The notes beneath the pieces are model-generated. The model ran no database searches, was not told the DNA's origin, and was given only the letters and a program-made list of their open reading frames with translations. A DNA stretch of 64,000 nucleotides from the NCBI GenBank assembly GCA_902554335.1, contig CACDOD010000002.1, forward strand, positions 10,204 through 74,203, given 5' to 3'. This document shows positions 31,491 through 42,349 of this stretch, piece by piece (position 1 is the stretch's first letter; each line of letters starts with the position of its first letter). A program made the position numbers and the translations under genes. Source of the DNA: an uncultured Pelagibacteraceae bacterium (GTDB lineage Bacteria > Pseudomonadota > Alphaproteobacteria > Pelagibacterales > Pelagibacteraceae).

Positions 31491-32712
31491 ATTTTAATGA
31501 TTTAATTGTATCTGATTTTGAGGCTTTTATAGCTGGATAGATTGAAACTAAGCAAGTAACAACAATAGAAAATAAACCAACAATAAGTAAAGAATTTAAA
31601 TCAATTTCTGATGGCATTTTATTCAAAAAATAGATCTCCTCAGGAAAAAGGGTTATATTAAATATGTCGCTTATAAATGATCTGATAGTTTCAATGTTTA
31701 AAGAAAAAATTATACCTATAATTATTCCCATTAATGTGGAAAGTGTTCCAATTAAAAAACCCACTAAAAAAAATATTTTTGTTATTGACGAATTTTGGAC
31801 ACCTATAGATTTTAAAATTGCAATATCTCTAGTTTTATTTTTTACCAAAATTGTCAGTCCAGATATTATATTGAAAGCTGCAATTAAAATTATTAGAGAT
31901 AAAATTATAAACATTACATTTCTTTCTACTTTTAATGCCGAAAAAAGGGATTGATTGATATCTGCCCAAGAGTTAATTAATTGTTCATTATAAATGTTCT
32001 GGAATATTTTTTTTTTAATTTCAATATCCTTTGGGTCTTTTAAAAATACCTCAAGATATCTATTATTTTTATCCAAATTAAAAAATTCCTCCAAATCATA
32101 CAAATTTAGAAAAGCAATATTTTGATCAAATTCATTGATATCACTCTCGAAAATAGACTCTACAATAAAGGACTTTTGTTTCGGAAGGCTACCCACAATT
32201 GACATTATACTGGAGGGTGAAATAACATTAATTTTATCTCCAATATTGACATCTAAAATATAGCTAAGCTCTCTACCAATAGAAATATGATTATAAGTAA
32301 TAGAATTATTACCATTAAAATTTTCATTTTTAATTACTTGTAATTTTTTAAAATCATCTCTGAGGTAACCTCTTAATATTAGTCCCTTGGTATAAGAATT
32401 ATGAATAACAACAGCTTCGCCACTATTACTAAGAAAAAAATTTTTTGATATTTCTTTTACTTTTTTATTTTTTAATTTTGATAATTCTATTGGGTTTTCA
32501 TAAGGAAATATTTTTAAATGTGGATTAAAACCATTAATTTTATTAATTAATTCAGTTCTAAAACCATTCATAACTGACATGACAACAATTAGAACTGCAA
32601 CGCCCAAAGCTATTCCAATAAAAGAAAATGTGGTTAATAGATTTATAAATCCATCTTTTTTATTGGTAAATATATATCTTAATGCTATTTTTCTTTCTAA
32701 TAATGTAATCAA
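31483..32712 (-). CDS. lolE: Lipoprotein-releasing ABC permease LolC/E (single LolF-type)
   Basis: GIALGVAVLIVVMSVMNGF, VERNVMF, AAFNIIS, IAILKSIG. Confidence 0.9.
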   Translation of the reverse strand: MITLLERKIALRYIFTNKKDGFINLLTTFSFIGIALGVAVLIVVMSVMNGFRTELINKINGFNPHLKIFPYENPIELSKLKNKKVKEISKNFFLSNSGEAVVIHNSYTKGLILRGYLRDDFKKLQVIKNENFNGNNSITYNHISIGRELSYILDVNIGDKINVISPSSIMSIVGSLPKQKSFIVESIFESDINEFDQNIAFLNLYDLEEFFNLDKNNRYLEVFLKDPKDIEIKKKIFQNIYNEQLINSWADINQSLFSALKVERNVMFIILSLIILIAAFNIISGLTILVKNKTRDIAILKSIGVQNSSITKIFFLVGFLIGTLSTLMGIIIGIIFSLNIETIRSFISDIFNITLFPEEIYFLNKMPSEIDLNSLLIVGLFSIVVTCLVSIYPAIKASKSDTIKSLKYE

Positions 32713-34037
32713 TGTACTTTTTTATTTTTTATGATCTTAATTATTTCATTTAATGAAATGTATTTAGTATCATTATTTATTTCTTTAAATTCAATTTTAT
32801 TTTCATTAAAATTATTACCTATAATAATTTGATAAGGTATACCTAATAAATTAAACTTTTTCATTTTTGATGAAAGATTTTCTTCTGTATCATCGATTAA
32901 AATGTCTAGATTATTTTTTTTTAAAGTTTTATAGATATTTAATGCTTTTTCTAAACTTGAATTATCATTTTTATTAGTAATTGGAAGTATTGAACAATCG
33001 TAAGGTGATACAGAAATAGGCCATTTCATTATTTCATTTTTGTTATCGTATTTTGCTTCAATAATGGCTCCAACTAATCTTGAAACCCCAATGCCATAAG
33101 ATCCCATCTTTACAAATTCTTTTTTTCCATTGAAATCAACGCTTGCTTTCATTGGTTTTGAATATTTATCACCAAAATAGAAAATATGACCTACTTCTAT
33201 TCCTTTTGTATTTAATCTATGTTCCTCAGGAACATTTTTTTCAAATTTGTCCTTGTTAAATTTTTCGTCAGTAACTGAATAAAATTTTTCAAAATTGTTT
33301 CTCAAATGAGTTAAGGAGTCTTTATCAATAGTTGTTCTTGAACTATCAACATCAAAAATTCTTTTATCAGTATAAATTCTACTTTCTCCAGTATCAGCTA
33401 ATATGATAAATTCATGTGACAGATTTCCTCCTATTGGACCTGTATCTGCAGCCATAGGAATTGCAGACAAATCTAAACGTTTGAAAGTATTGAGATAAGC
33501 GAGAAAAAATTTATTGTATGAAAATAAAGCTTCATCGTCTGAAATGTCAAAAGAATAAGCATCTTTCATATAAAATTCTCTACATCTCATAATTCCAAAT
33601 CTTGGTCTTAACTCGTCTCTAAATTTCCATTGAATATGATATAATAATTGTGGCAGTGATTTGTATGATTTTACCGATGATCTAAATATTTCAGTTATTA
33701 ATTCTTCGTTTGTAGGTCCGTAAAGCATTTCTCGATTTTGACGATCTTTTATTCTTAACATTTCTTCTCCATAGTCGTCATATCTTCCACTTTCCTTCCA
33801 AATTTCACTGGACTGAATAGTGGGCATTAAAATTTCTTGAACACCAACTTTATTTTGTTCTTCTCTGACAATTTGCTCTATTTTTTTCATCACTCTAAAC
33901 CCCAAAGGAAGCCATGAGTAAATACCTGCTGAGGATTGTTTAATCATTCCAGTTCTAAGCATTAATTGATGTGATTTTATTTTAGCTTCTGTAGGATTAT
34001 TTTTTAAAATTGGAATAAAAGATTTAGAAAAAAACAT
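32709..34037 (-). CDS. proS: Proline--tRNA ligase (short alphaproteobacterial type, no editing insertion)
   Basis: SHQLMLR, GPTNEE, KFRDELRPRFG.MR.REF.MKDAYSF, GIEVGHIF, MGSYGIGVSR. Confidence 0.97.
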   Translation of the reverse strand: MFFSKSFIPILKNNPTEAKIKSHQLMLRTGMIKQSSAGIYSWLPLGFRVMKKIEQIVREEQNKVGVQEILMPTIQSSEIWKESGRYDDYGEEMLRIKDRQNREMLYGPTNEELITEIFRSSVKSYKSLPQLLYHIQWKFRDELRPRFGIMRCREFYMKDAYSFDISDDEALFSYNKFFLAYLNTFKRLDLSAIPMAADTGPIGGNLSHEFIILADTGESRIYTDKRIFDVDSSRTTIDKDSLTHLRNNFEKFYSVTDEKFNKDKFEKNVPEEHRLNTKGIEVGHIFYFGDKYSKPMKASVDFNGKKEFVKMGSYGIGVSRLVGAIIEAKYDNKNEIMKWPISVSPYDCSILPITNKNDNSSLEKALNIYKTLKKNNLDILIDDTEENLSSKMKKFNLLGIPYQIIIGNNFNENKIEFKEINNDTKYISLNEIIKIIKNKKVH

Positions 34038-34045
34038 AGTCTAAA

Positions 34046-34291
34046 TTACATCAAAAATTTTCTAAGGTTAAGATAATTATACTGCACTAAATAGTATATA
34101 ATTAAAAACAATACTAAAGAAATTCCTGTAGTAAATATAAATTTTTTGAGGATTTTAGGATTCTCAGGAGATCCTGGGTCCTCACCCTCTATTTTTTTAA
34201 ATTTCTTTCTATTAACATCAATTGGTAACAATGAAAAAAACACAATCCACCAAATTATTACATAAATAACAATTGATCCAGTTATACTCAA
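34046..34291 (-). CDS. DUF1467-family small membrane protein
   Basis: Y.IIWW.VFF..LP…G.DPG.P pattern; conserved position before proS; TTG start. Confidence 0.8.
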   Translation of the reverse strand: MSITGSIVIYVIIWWIVFFSLLPIDVNRKKFKKIEGEDPGSPENPKILKKFIFTTGISLVLFLIIYYLVQYNYLNLRKFLM

Positions 34292-34292
34292 T

Positions 34293-35951
34293 TTAAATCC
34301 TGATTAATTTAATATTTGTAAATGGTTTTTTTCCAGTAAATTCTTTTGTGATTTTTCGACAAGATATTTTTAATGCCTCAATAACATTTTCTTTTTGGTT
34401 TTGATTAGTTAATGAGAAGGTTTTTGCTGTTTTTTCAATTATATTTTCTATTTCATATTGATAATCATCATCATTATTAATCGGTAAACCGCTATAATTC
34501 AATATAGGTTTATTATGTATATTTCCTTTTGGAGTAACTAAAATTGTAACATCAAGAATTCCATTTGCTGAAATATTTCTTCTTTCTTTTATTGACTTAG
34601 AGTCTTCCTCTACAGCAATATTTCCGTCTACATATAATCTTCCACTTGGAGCTTTATCAAAAACTTCTGGTTTTTCATCGTTTGAAAACCTAACGATATC
34701 TCCATTTTCTACTTTTACGGTATGCGGTATTTGCATTTCTTTAGCAAATTTAACATGCTCTATCATATGTCTATGTTCTCCATGAACTGGTATGATTGAC
34801 TTGGGTCTTACCCAATTATACATATCTTTAAGATCCTCTCTATTTGGATGACCAGATACATGAATAAATTCATTTTCCTCTGAAATAACTTCTACGCCTT
34901 CTTTAACAAGCTGATTATGTAATTTAAAAAGTTTCTTTTCATTGCCTGGTATTATTTTAGATGAAAAAATAACTGAGTCTCCTCTTTCAATAAATACATC
35001 TGGATGAATATAATTAGTAATTCTCATCATCGCTCCCATAGGTTCTCCTTGGCTACCAGTGCAGAGATAAATTATTTTTTCTCGACTTATATTTTTAGCA
35101 TCTCTAGGATCGATTGGTTCAATAACATTTTTTAAATATCCACATTCTCTGGCAGCCTTAAAAATTCTATGCATAGACCTTCCAACGAGAGATATTTGTC
35201 TGCCAGTTTTTTCTGCACAATAAAAAACACTTTCCATTCTAGCGACATTTGATGCAAAAGATGTAACAATAATTCTTTTATTTAATCTTTGAAATATTTT
35301 GAGCATATTATTTCTAACATCCATCTCCGAACCTGATCTGCCCACACTAAATACATTTGTAGAGTCACAAATCATGGCTAACACACCCTCATCTCCAATT
35401 TGTTTTAATTTATTTTCATCAATTTTATCTCCTATTAAAGGATTTGGATCACACTTCCAATCCCCAGTATGTAAAACAGTACCTACTGGTGTATTTATTT
35501 TTAATCCATTAGGTTCTAATATAGAATGAGTTAGTGTTACAAATTCAATTTTGAATGGTTTAAGTTCTAAAGTACCATTTAACTGAACTATTTTTAGATT
35601 GGTGCTTATATCAATTTTTTTTTCTTTAAATTTTTCTCTAACAAGAACAGCTGTAAAAGGTGTTGCGTAGATATTGCATTTTAATTTTGGCCATATATGT
35701 GCAATAGCTCCTATATGATCTTCATGAGCATGTGTTAATATTATTCCTAGAACATCATCTTTTTTATCAACAATAAACCCAGGATCTGGGTATATCAAAT
35801 CAATTCCTGGTATACTATCGTCAGCAAAGGTTACACCAACGTCTACAATTATCCATTTTTGGTTTTCTGGCTTTCCATATGCGTAAAGATTTAGGTTCAT
35901 GCCTATTTCACCAGAACCACCCAAAGGACAAAACAATAATTCTTCTCTCAT
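34293..35951 (-). CDS. rnj: Ribonuclease J
   Basis: PLGGSGEIGMN, THAHEDHIG, HTGDWK, CDSTN, TGSQGEP, HVSGH, PVHGE. Confidence 0.96.
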   Translation of the reverse strand: MREELLFCPLGGSGEIGMNLNLYAYGKPENQKWIIVDVGVTFADDSIPGIDLIYPDPGFIVDKKDDVLGIILTHAHEDHIGAIAHIWPKLKCNIYATPFTAVLVREKFKEKKIDISTNLKIVQLNGTLELKPFKIEFVTLTHSILEPNGLKINTPVGTVLHTGDWKCDPNPLIGDKIDENKLKQIGDEGVLAMICDSTNVFSVGRSGSEMDVRNNMLKIFQRLNKRIIVTSFASNVARMESVFYCAEKTGRQISLVGRSMHRIFKAARECGYLKNVIEPIDPRDAKNISREKIIYLCTGSQGEPMGAMMRITNYIHPDVFIERGDSVIFSSKIIPGNEKKLFKLHNQLVKEGVEVISEENEFIHVSGHPNREDLKDMYNWVRPKSIIPVHGEHRHMIEHVKFAKEMQIPHTVKVENGDIVRFSNDEKPEVFDKAPSGRLYVDGNIAVEEDSKSIKERRNISANGILDVTILVTPKGNIHNKPILNYSGLPINNDDDYQYEIENIIEKTAKTFSLTNQNQKENVIEALKISCRKITKEFTGKKPFTNIKLIRI

Positions 35952-35954
35952 AAC

Positions 35955-36701
35955 CTAAATCAAATTTTTTGTAATTTTTATTATCCCTTTAATTGTTAAA
36001 TCTTTATCAACTTTACATCTTGCACTTATTGATTTTATATATAATTTTGCAAGACCACCTGTTAAAATTATTTTAAAACTAGATTTACTTTGTCTTTTAA
36101 TTAATTTAATCATATTGTCAATTAAACCAGCATATCCCCAATAAAATCCGGATCTAACAGCTTCATTGGTATTTTTACCAATTACATATGATATTTTTTT
36201 TAAATTAGTCTCAGGAATTAAGGAGGCTTGAGATGAAAGAGTTTTTAGAGATAAATTTATGCCAGGCGAAATAATTCCTCCTAAATATTTTTTTTTTATT
36301 ACAACATCAAAAGTTGTGGCTGTTCCAAAATCAATAATAATATAATTATTTTTATTATCAATTGCAGCTATTGAATTAGCTAATCTATCAGATCCAACTT
36401 GTTTTTTATTAACTTTGATTTCAATTAATTTTTTTAAATTAAGTTCTTTGATTTCAATAACTTTTTTATTCAAATTTTTTTTAAAAAAAAATAAAAATTT
36501 TCGATATATGTTTGGAACAACACTGCTGAAAATTACGTGTTCAATTTTTTTTTTATTTGAAAGTAAAAATTTAAGTTTTTTTTTTATTTTGATATATTCG
36601 ATTTTGTTTGTTTTTATATTTACTCTTTTTTTAATTTTAAAGTTTTTACCAATTAAACAAATTTTTACTTCAGTATTTCCAATATCTCCAATTATATTCA
36701 T
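35955..36701 (-). CDS. coaX: Type III pantothenate kinase
   Basis: DIGNT, SSVVP, VGSDR, DFGTATTFD, GG.I.PG, TGG. Confidence 0.94.
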   Translation of the reverse strand: MNIIGDIGNTEVKICLIGKNFKIKKRVNIKTNKIEYIKIKKKLKFLLSNKKKIEHVIFSSVVPNIYRKFLFFFKKNLNKKVIEIKELNLKKLIEIKVNKKQVGSDRLANSIAAIDNKNNYIIIDFGTATTFDVVIKKKYLGGIISPGINLSLKTLSSQASLIPETNLKKISYVIGKNTNEAVRSGFYWGYAGLIDNMIKLIKRQSKSSFKIILTGGLAKLYIKSISARCKVDKDLTIKGIIKITKNLI

Positions 36702-36702
36702 T

Positions 36703-37218
36703 TTACTTTGTTAAAAAATTTTCAAAATTTTTTTTGATTTCTTCAAAAACTTTTATTTTATTTAATTTTTTTTTTGCATAAAAATTTAAATGTGTAGTTG
36801 GATAGTCATCAATGTATGGACTTGTATGAATATTTATTCCTATTCCTATTATTGCAAATTTATCTTTCTTATAAAATAAAGTTTCCTGTAAAATTCCACA
36901 CACCTTTTTATTATTTATTTGTAAATCATTTGGTCTTTTAATTGTTATTCTTATTTTAAGTAATTTAAACAATGATTTTTTTACTATTTTACAACTTGTA
37001 ATAGTCAATTTTCTTAAACTTAGACTTGAATTCAAGTTAAAAAAAACTGACATAAATAAATTGTTTTTCATGTATATCCATTTATTGCCATATCTACCTC
37101 TTCCTTTTGTTTGCTTGTTTGCAAGAATTATTCCAGTCTTAAATCCTTGTTTAATTTTTTTAATAGCGACATCGTTTGTACTTGTAACTGATTTTAATAA
37201 ATATTTTTTAAGTTTCAT
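36703..37218 (-). CDS. birA: Biotin--protein ligase (minimal, catalytic domain only)
   Basis: STND, QTKGRGRYG..W, K(R)PND, KKVCGILQE, GIGINI; nuoN-birA synteny. Confidence 0.88.
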   Translation of the reverse strand: MKLKKYLLKSVTSTNDVAIKKIKQGFKTGIILANKQTKGRGRYGNKWIYMKNNLFMSVFFNLNSSLSLRKLTITSCKIVKKSLFKLLKIRITIKRPNDLQINNKKVCGILQETLFYKKDKFAIIGIGINIHTSPYIDDYPTTHLNFYAKKKLNKIKVFEEIKKNFENFLTK

Positions 37219-38633
37219 TAGATTAATAAAATTCTTGAAATAATGTTATTAAGCAATCCTGGATATATAAAATATAATCCCAAAATTCCAGTTGAAATAG
37301 CTAAAGTAATTTTTAATCCAATATTATGATCTTTTTCAAATTTTTCCTTTGGTTTATCGAAATAAATTATTTTAATTAATCTTAAGTAGTAAAATGCTGC
37401 TACTACAGTTGATAAAAGCCCTACAATTGCCAAGAAGTACATGGATTGCTCTATAACTGCCATAAATATATAAAATTTAGCAAAAAAACCTGCTAATGGT
37501 GGAATTCCTGCAAGTGAAAATAAGACTATTAATAATGCGACTGAAAGTACGGGATGATTTGTGGATAGGCCGGAAAGATCTTCGATTTTTTCATAAAATA
37601 CACTTTTTTTTCTTAGCATAAACAGGCATGAAAAAAATGCTAAAGTCATAACAAGATAAATTGAGATGTATGTTATAGAACTTTGAATTCCTTGGTTAGT
37701 GCCTGATGCCAATCCAGCTAGAGCATATCCCATATGACTAATTGAACTATAAGCTATAAGTCTTTTTAAGTTATATTGACCTATTGCTGCAATAGCTCCG
37801 AATAACATAGAGGCAATTGAGATAAATACAAGTATTGTTTGCCACTGATCCATCAAATTTACAAATGGTGTGTATAAAAATCTAATTATAACTGTTAATG
37901 CAGCAACTTTTGGCAACGCTGCAAAAAATAATGTGACTGAGGTTGGCGATCCTTGATAAACATCTGGGGCCCACATATGAAATGGAACAGCAGAGATTTT
38001 AAATGCTAGTCCCACTATTATAAATACTAATCCAAATATTACTCCATATTGGGTTTGGAATGTTTGATCGGATATGGTATTAAAATTTGTTGAGCCTGAA
38101 AATCCATAAACGAGTGAACATCCATACAATAATAAACCAGATGATAAAGCACTTAAAACAAAATACTTTAATCCAGACTCTGATGATAAAATATTATCCC
38201 TTTTAAATGATGCAAGTACATATAATGCAAGCGACTGTAGCTCCAAACCTAAATAAAATACTATTAAATCGTTAGAGCTAATCATCACCATCATACCAAG
38301 TATGGAACTTAAAATTAATATAGGATATTCTATCTTTAAAATACTTTGAGTCTTAAGATATGAAAAAGACGAAATCATAATAAAAATTGCAACAATTAAA
38401 ACCAAGGATTTTGTAAATAAAGATAAAATATCAATTTTGTAACTTTCATTAAATATGTATGATTCTTCAAATGTATATAAATTTATAACTAGAGCAAATA
38501 AGATTATAAGAGAAATTATTGATAAATTATAAACTAGTCTTTCACTATTTTTTTTAAATACTCCAATCATTAATAAAAACATAATCACTAGAGATAAGAA
38601 TATTTCAGGAAAAATTAAATCAAAATTTATCAT
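37218..38633 (-). CDS. nuoN: NADH-quinone oxidoreductase subunit N
   Basis: ESGLKYF, FKISAVPFHMWAPDVYQGSP, KRLIAYSSI, SLAGIPPLAGF. Confidence 0.96.
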   Translation of the reverse strand: MINFDLIFPEIFLSLVIMFLLMIGVFKKNSERLVYNLSIISLIILFALVINLYTFEESYIFNESYKIDILSLFTKSLVLIVAIFIMISSFSYLKTQSILKIEYPILILSSILGMMVMISSNDLIVFYLGLELQSLALYVLASFKRDNILSSESGLKYFVLSALSSGLLLYGCSLVYGFSGSTNFNTISDQTFQTQYGVIFGLVFIIVGLAFKISAVPFHMWAPDVYQGSPTSVTLFFAALPKVAALTVIIRFLYTPFVNLMDQWQTILVFISIASMLFGAIAAIGQYNLKRLIAYSSISHMGYALAGLASGTNQGIQSSITYISIYLVMTLAFFSCLFMLRKKSVFYEKIEDLSGLSTNHPVLSVALLIVLFSLAGIPPLAGFFAKFYIFMAVIEQSMYFLAIVGLLSTVVAAFYYLRLIKIIYFDKPKEKFEKDHNIGLKITLAISTGILGLYFIYPGLLNNIISRILLI

Positions 38634-40123
38634 AAATTACTAGCAGTATATAATTTGATATTAGAGTTAAATAATTCAATTAAGCTTTCCACAGATGTTG
38701 TTGTTGTGCTTAATAAAGGATCAGGATAAAAACCAAATAGAATTGAAGCAATTGCTAAAATAGATAAAGTGGTCATTTCAGACTTGTTTAAATCTACTAA
38801 TTTATTTAATTCAGTATTTGTAATTTCGCCAAAAACTATTCTTCTATAAAGCCATAACATATAAGCAGCGCCTAATATGACACCTAAGCTTGCAATTGTA
38901 GCAACAACAAAATTTACCTTAAATGTTCCTAACAATATTAAAAATTCACCAATAAAGCCTGTTGTACCAGGCAACCCCAATGCACCTAAAGTAAATACCA
39001 TAAATACAACAGCGTATCTTGGCATTACTGATACTATACCACCATATTTGCTTATTTCTCTTGTATGAGTTCTTTCGTATACTACACCTACACATAAAAA
39101 TAATGCTGCAGATATAATTCCGTGGCTTATCATTTGGAAAATACTTCCTTCGATGCCTTCTGGTGTCATGGTAAAAATACCCATTGTTACAAATCCCATA
39201 TGAGCAACTGATGAATATGCAATTAATTTTTTCATATCTTCCTGCATTAAGGCAACTAATGATGTGTAAATAATTGCAATAAGGCTTAAAACAAAAATAA
39301 AAGATACAAAATATTCTGATGCTATAGGAAATAAACCTACTGAAAATCTTATAAAACCATAACCTGCCATTTTTAACAAAATAGCAGCAAGTAAAACTGA
39401 GCCTGCTGTTGGCGCTTCAACGTGAGCATCAGGAAGCCATGTATGAACAGGCCACATTGGAGTTTTAACAGCAAATGAACTAAAAAAAGCCAACCATAAT
39501 AAATGTTGATATTTGGCATCAATACCAAGTTCGTATAATTTAATTACATCGGTTGTTCCTGTTATCCAATATATAGAAATTATAGCAACCAACATTAATA
39601 CAGAGCCTAACAATGTGTACAAGAAAAACTTGAAAGCTGAATAAACTCTCCTTTGTCCACCCCAAATACCAATAATTAAAAACATTGGAATTAAACCAGC
39701 TTCAAAAAATAAGTAAAAAATGACTAAATCTAGCGAGCAAAAAACACCAATCATCATAGTTTCCATAACAAGTATAGCTATTAAAAAATCTTTAAGTCTA
39801 TTTTTAATTGTTGAATTAACTGAAATAATACAAAGTGGAGTTATAAAAGTTGTTAAAATAATAAATAATATTGATATACCATCAATTCCAATTTTATAAT
39901 TTATAAGGCCTTCTAGCCACAATCGTTCTTCAACGAATTGAAATCCTGAATTATTTTTATCAAATTCATACCACAAGAAAATTGACAAAATAAAATTAGC
40001 TAGTGAAACAAACAAAGAAATATACTTTGCTGCGTTATAATTTGATGATGATCTGCCAAATAAAATAAATATTGCACCTACGGTAGGAAATATAATAAGA
40101 GATGAAAGTATAGGAAAATTCAT
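38630..40123 (-). CDS. nuoM: NADH-quinone oxidoreductase subunit M
   Basis: PMWPVHTWLPDAHVEAPT, LLKMAGYG, IAYSSVAHMG. Confidence 0.97.
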   Translation of the reverse strand: MNFPILSSLIIFPTVGAIFILFGRSSSNYNAAKYISLFVSLANFILSIFLWYEFDKNNSGFQFVEERLWLEGLINYKIGIDGISILFIILTTFITPLCIISVNSTIKNRLKDFLIAILVMETMMIGVFCSLDLVIFYLFFEAGLIPMFLIIGIWGGQRRVYSAFKFFLYTLLGSVLMLVAIISIYWITGTTDVIKLYELGIDAKYQHLLWLAFFSSFAVKTPMWPVHTWLPDAHVEAPTAGSVLLAAILLKMAGYGFIRFSVGLFPIASEYFVSFIFVLSLIAIIYTSLVALMQEDMKKLIAYSSVAHMGFVTMGIFTMTPEGIEGSIFQMISHGIISAALFLCVGVVYERTHTREISKYGGIVSVMPRYAVVFMVFTLGALGLPGTTGFIGEFLILLGTFKVNFVVATIASLGVILGAAYMLWLYRRIVFGEITNTELNKLVDLNKSEMTTLSILAIASILFGFYPDPLLSTTTTSVESLIELFNSNIKLYTASNL

Positions 40124-42036
40124 TATTCAATTATTATAATTGTTAAAATTATAGAAAAACCAATCAACATCACAAATGCATATTGATATATAAATCCAGT
40201 TTGGAATTTAGAAGCCTTTATTGAAAAATATTTAAATAAACTTGACAATCCATCTGGTCCAAATCTATCAATTACCAAACCATCGATTTTTTTCCAAAAA
40301 TATTTTCCTAAATACTTTGATGATTTTATAAATATGACTTCATATAATTCATCAAAATACCATTTATTTTTAAGAAATTGATAAACTGGTTTATTAGAGT
40401 TAACCAAACCTTCAATAATTGATTTATTTTTTAAAAATAAATAATAACTTAAAGGTATAGAAATAGTTACAAGTATTGGAGTTAAATATAATATGTAAGC
40501 AGGTGGATGTTTGTTTGATAAGGGTTCCAAAAAGAAAATTGATCCACCCCAAAAATCAATAAACGATCCTTTGCTCAAAAATAAATCTTTGAAAACAAAT
40601 CCTGCAAATATTGATCCAATAGCCAAAAAAAATAATGGTATTAACATAACCTTGGGAGAATCATGAATGGCAGAAATTGACATAGCCTTATTATTAAATT
40701 CGCCATGAAATGTTTTAATAATTAATCTCCAGGAATAAATTGAAGTTAATACTGCTGTTATAATACCTATTGCGCAAGCATAATAGCCAAAAGTATTACC
40801 TTTTAAGAAAGCATATTCTATAATTAAATCTTTAGAATAAAATCCCGATAAAAATGGAAATCCTGTTAAAGCCAAAGTGCCAATTATCATAAGTATATAA
40901 GTGTAAGGTAAATGTTTGTAAACTCCTCCCATTTTATTTATATTCTGTTCATCATTAAATGAATGAATAACAGATCCAGCTCCTAGAAATAATAAAGCTT
41001 TAAAAAAAGCATGTGTAAATAGATGAAACATTGCAATATTGTAAGCACCTACGCCTGTAGCAAAAAACATATAACCTAGTTGACTACATGTTGAATATGC
41101 AATTATTTTTTTAATATCATTTTGGACTAAAGCAATAGTTGCTGCAAATAGAGCTGTTGACATTCCAATAACAGTTATAAAATTCAAAACAATTGGAGAA
41201 TATTCAAAAATTGGTGAGCATCTTACAACTAAAAAAACTCCAGCAGTTACCATAGTCGCTGCATGAATTAATGCAGAAACTGGAGTGGGTCCTTCCATAG
41301 CATCTGGTAACCAAGTATGTAAAAAAATTTGGGCAGATTTACCCATGGCACCAATGAACAATAGAAAACAAATTAAATTTATTACATTTAATTCAAGACT
41401 TAAAAAATTAACTTTAGTATTAACATATAAAGAAGACTGATTGAACACCTCGTCATAATTAACGCTTCCAAAAATGTAGAAAATCAAAAATATTCCAAGA
41501 GCAAAACCAAAATCTCCAACTCTATTTACAACAAATGCTTTAATTGCGGCAGCATTAGCTGTTGGTTTTTTAAACCAAAATCCAATTAAAAAATAGGAAC
41601 AGAGACCAACACCTTCCCATCCAAAAAATAATTGTAAAAAATTATCAGAAGTTACTAAAACTAACATTGAAAATGTAAATAATGATAAATAAGACATGAA
41701 TCGTGGCTGGTGAGGGTCGTGTGACATATAACCTATGGAATAGACATGAACTATTGCTGAAACAAAAGTTACCACTACAAGCATAACAGCAGAAAGTTGA
41801 TCTATTTTTATACCCCAATTTACATCAAGAAGTCCTGAGGTTATCCATTTTGCTATAATAATATTATTTGAGTAATTGTTGAATACTACATCATAAAAAA
41901 TATAAATTGATAATAAAGCCGATAAGGTAACAAATAAAGTTGTAATAATTTGAGAAGCTTTATTTCCAATATACTTTCCAAAAAAACCAGAAGCTATTGC
42001 AGCAACCAGGGGTAAAAAGATTATTAATTTTTCCAC
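40123..42036 (-). CDS. nuoL: NADH-quinone oxidoreductase subunit L
   Basis: GWEGVGLCSY, GKSAQ..HTWLPDAMEGPTPVSALIHAATMV. Confidence 0.97.
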   Translation of the reverse strand: MEKLIIFLPLVAAIASGFFGKYIGNKASQIITTLFVTLSALLSIYIFYDVVFNNYSNNIIIAKWITSGLLDVNWGIKIDQLSAVMLVVVTFVSAIVHVYSIGYMSHDPHQPRFMSYLSLFTFSMLVLVTSDNFLQLFFGWEGVGLCSYFLIGFWFKKPTANAAAIKAFVVNRVGDFGFALGIFLIFYIFGSVNYDEVFNQSSLYVNTKVNFLSLELNVINLICFLLFIGAMGKSAQIFLHTWLPDAMEGPTPVSALIHAATMVTAGVFLVVRCSPIFEYSPIVLNFITVIGMSTALFAATIALVQNDIKKIIAYSTCSQLGYMFFATGVGAYNIAMFHLFTHAFFKALLFLGAGSVIHSFNDEQNINKMGGVYKHLPYTYILMIIGTLALTGFPFLSGFYSKDLIIEYAFLKGNTFGYYACAIGIITAVLTSIYSWRLIIKTFHGEFNNKAMSISAIHDSPKVMLIPLFFLAIGSIFAGFVFKDLFLSKGSFIDFWGGSIFFLEPLSNKHPPAYILYLTPILVTISIPLSYYLFLKNKSIIEGLVNSNKPVYQFLKNKWYFDELYEVIFIKSSKYLGKYFWKKIDGLVIDRFGPDGLSSLFKYFSIKASKFQTGFIYQYAFVMLIGFSIILTIIIIE

Positions 42037-42037
42037 A

Positions 42038-42349
42038 CTATCCCTTAAGTTTTTCTATTTCCTCAACTCTAATAGTTCCAGAATTTCTAAAATAAACCAC
42101 TATAATTGCTAATCCAATTGCAGCCTCTGCTGCTGCTACCGTTAATATAAATAAAGTAAAAATTTGACCACTTAAATCATTAATAAATATTGAAAAGGAT
42201 ACTAAATTAATATTAACCGCTAGTAGTATTAATTCTATACTCATTAAAAGAACTATTACATTTTTTCGATTTAAAAATATTCCTATTAAACCAATAGTAA
42301 ATATAATTGCTCCTAGAGTTAAATAATGTCCTAAACCTACATCAAACAT
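42038..42349 (-). CDS. nuoK: NADH-quinone oxidoreductase subunit K
   Basis: NRKNVI…[17 protein letters not shown]; start moved to the ATG of MFDVG. Confidence 0.95.
   Translation of the reverse strand: MFDVGLGHYLTLGAIIFTIGLIGIFLNRKNVIVLLMSIELILLAVNINLVSFSIFINDLSGQIFTLFILTVAAAEAAIGLAIIVVYFRNSGTIRVEEIEKLKG

Noticed and set aside
36576-36585. 10-nt poly-T tracts (also 29076-29085) as phase-variation or frameshift sites
   Set aside because: They encode Lys runs within intact reading frames of essential genes and are expected by chance in such AT-rich DNA.
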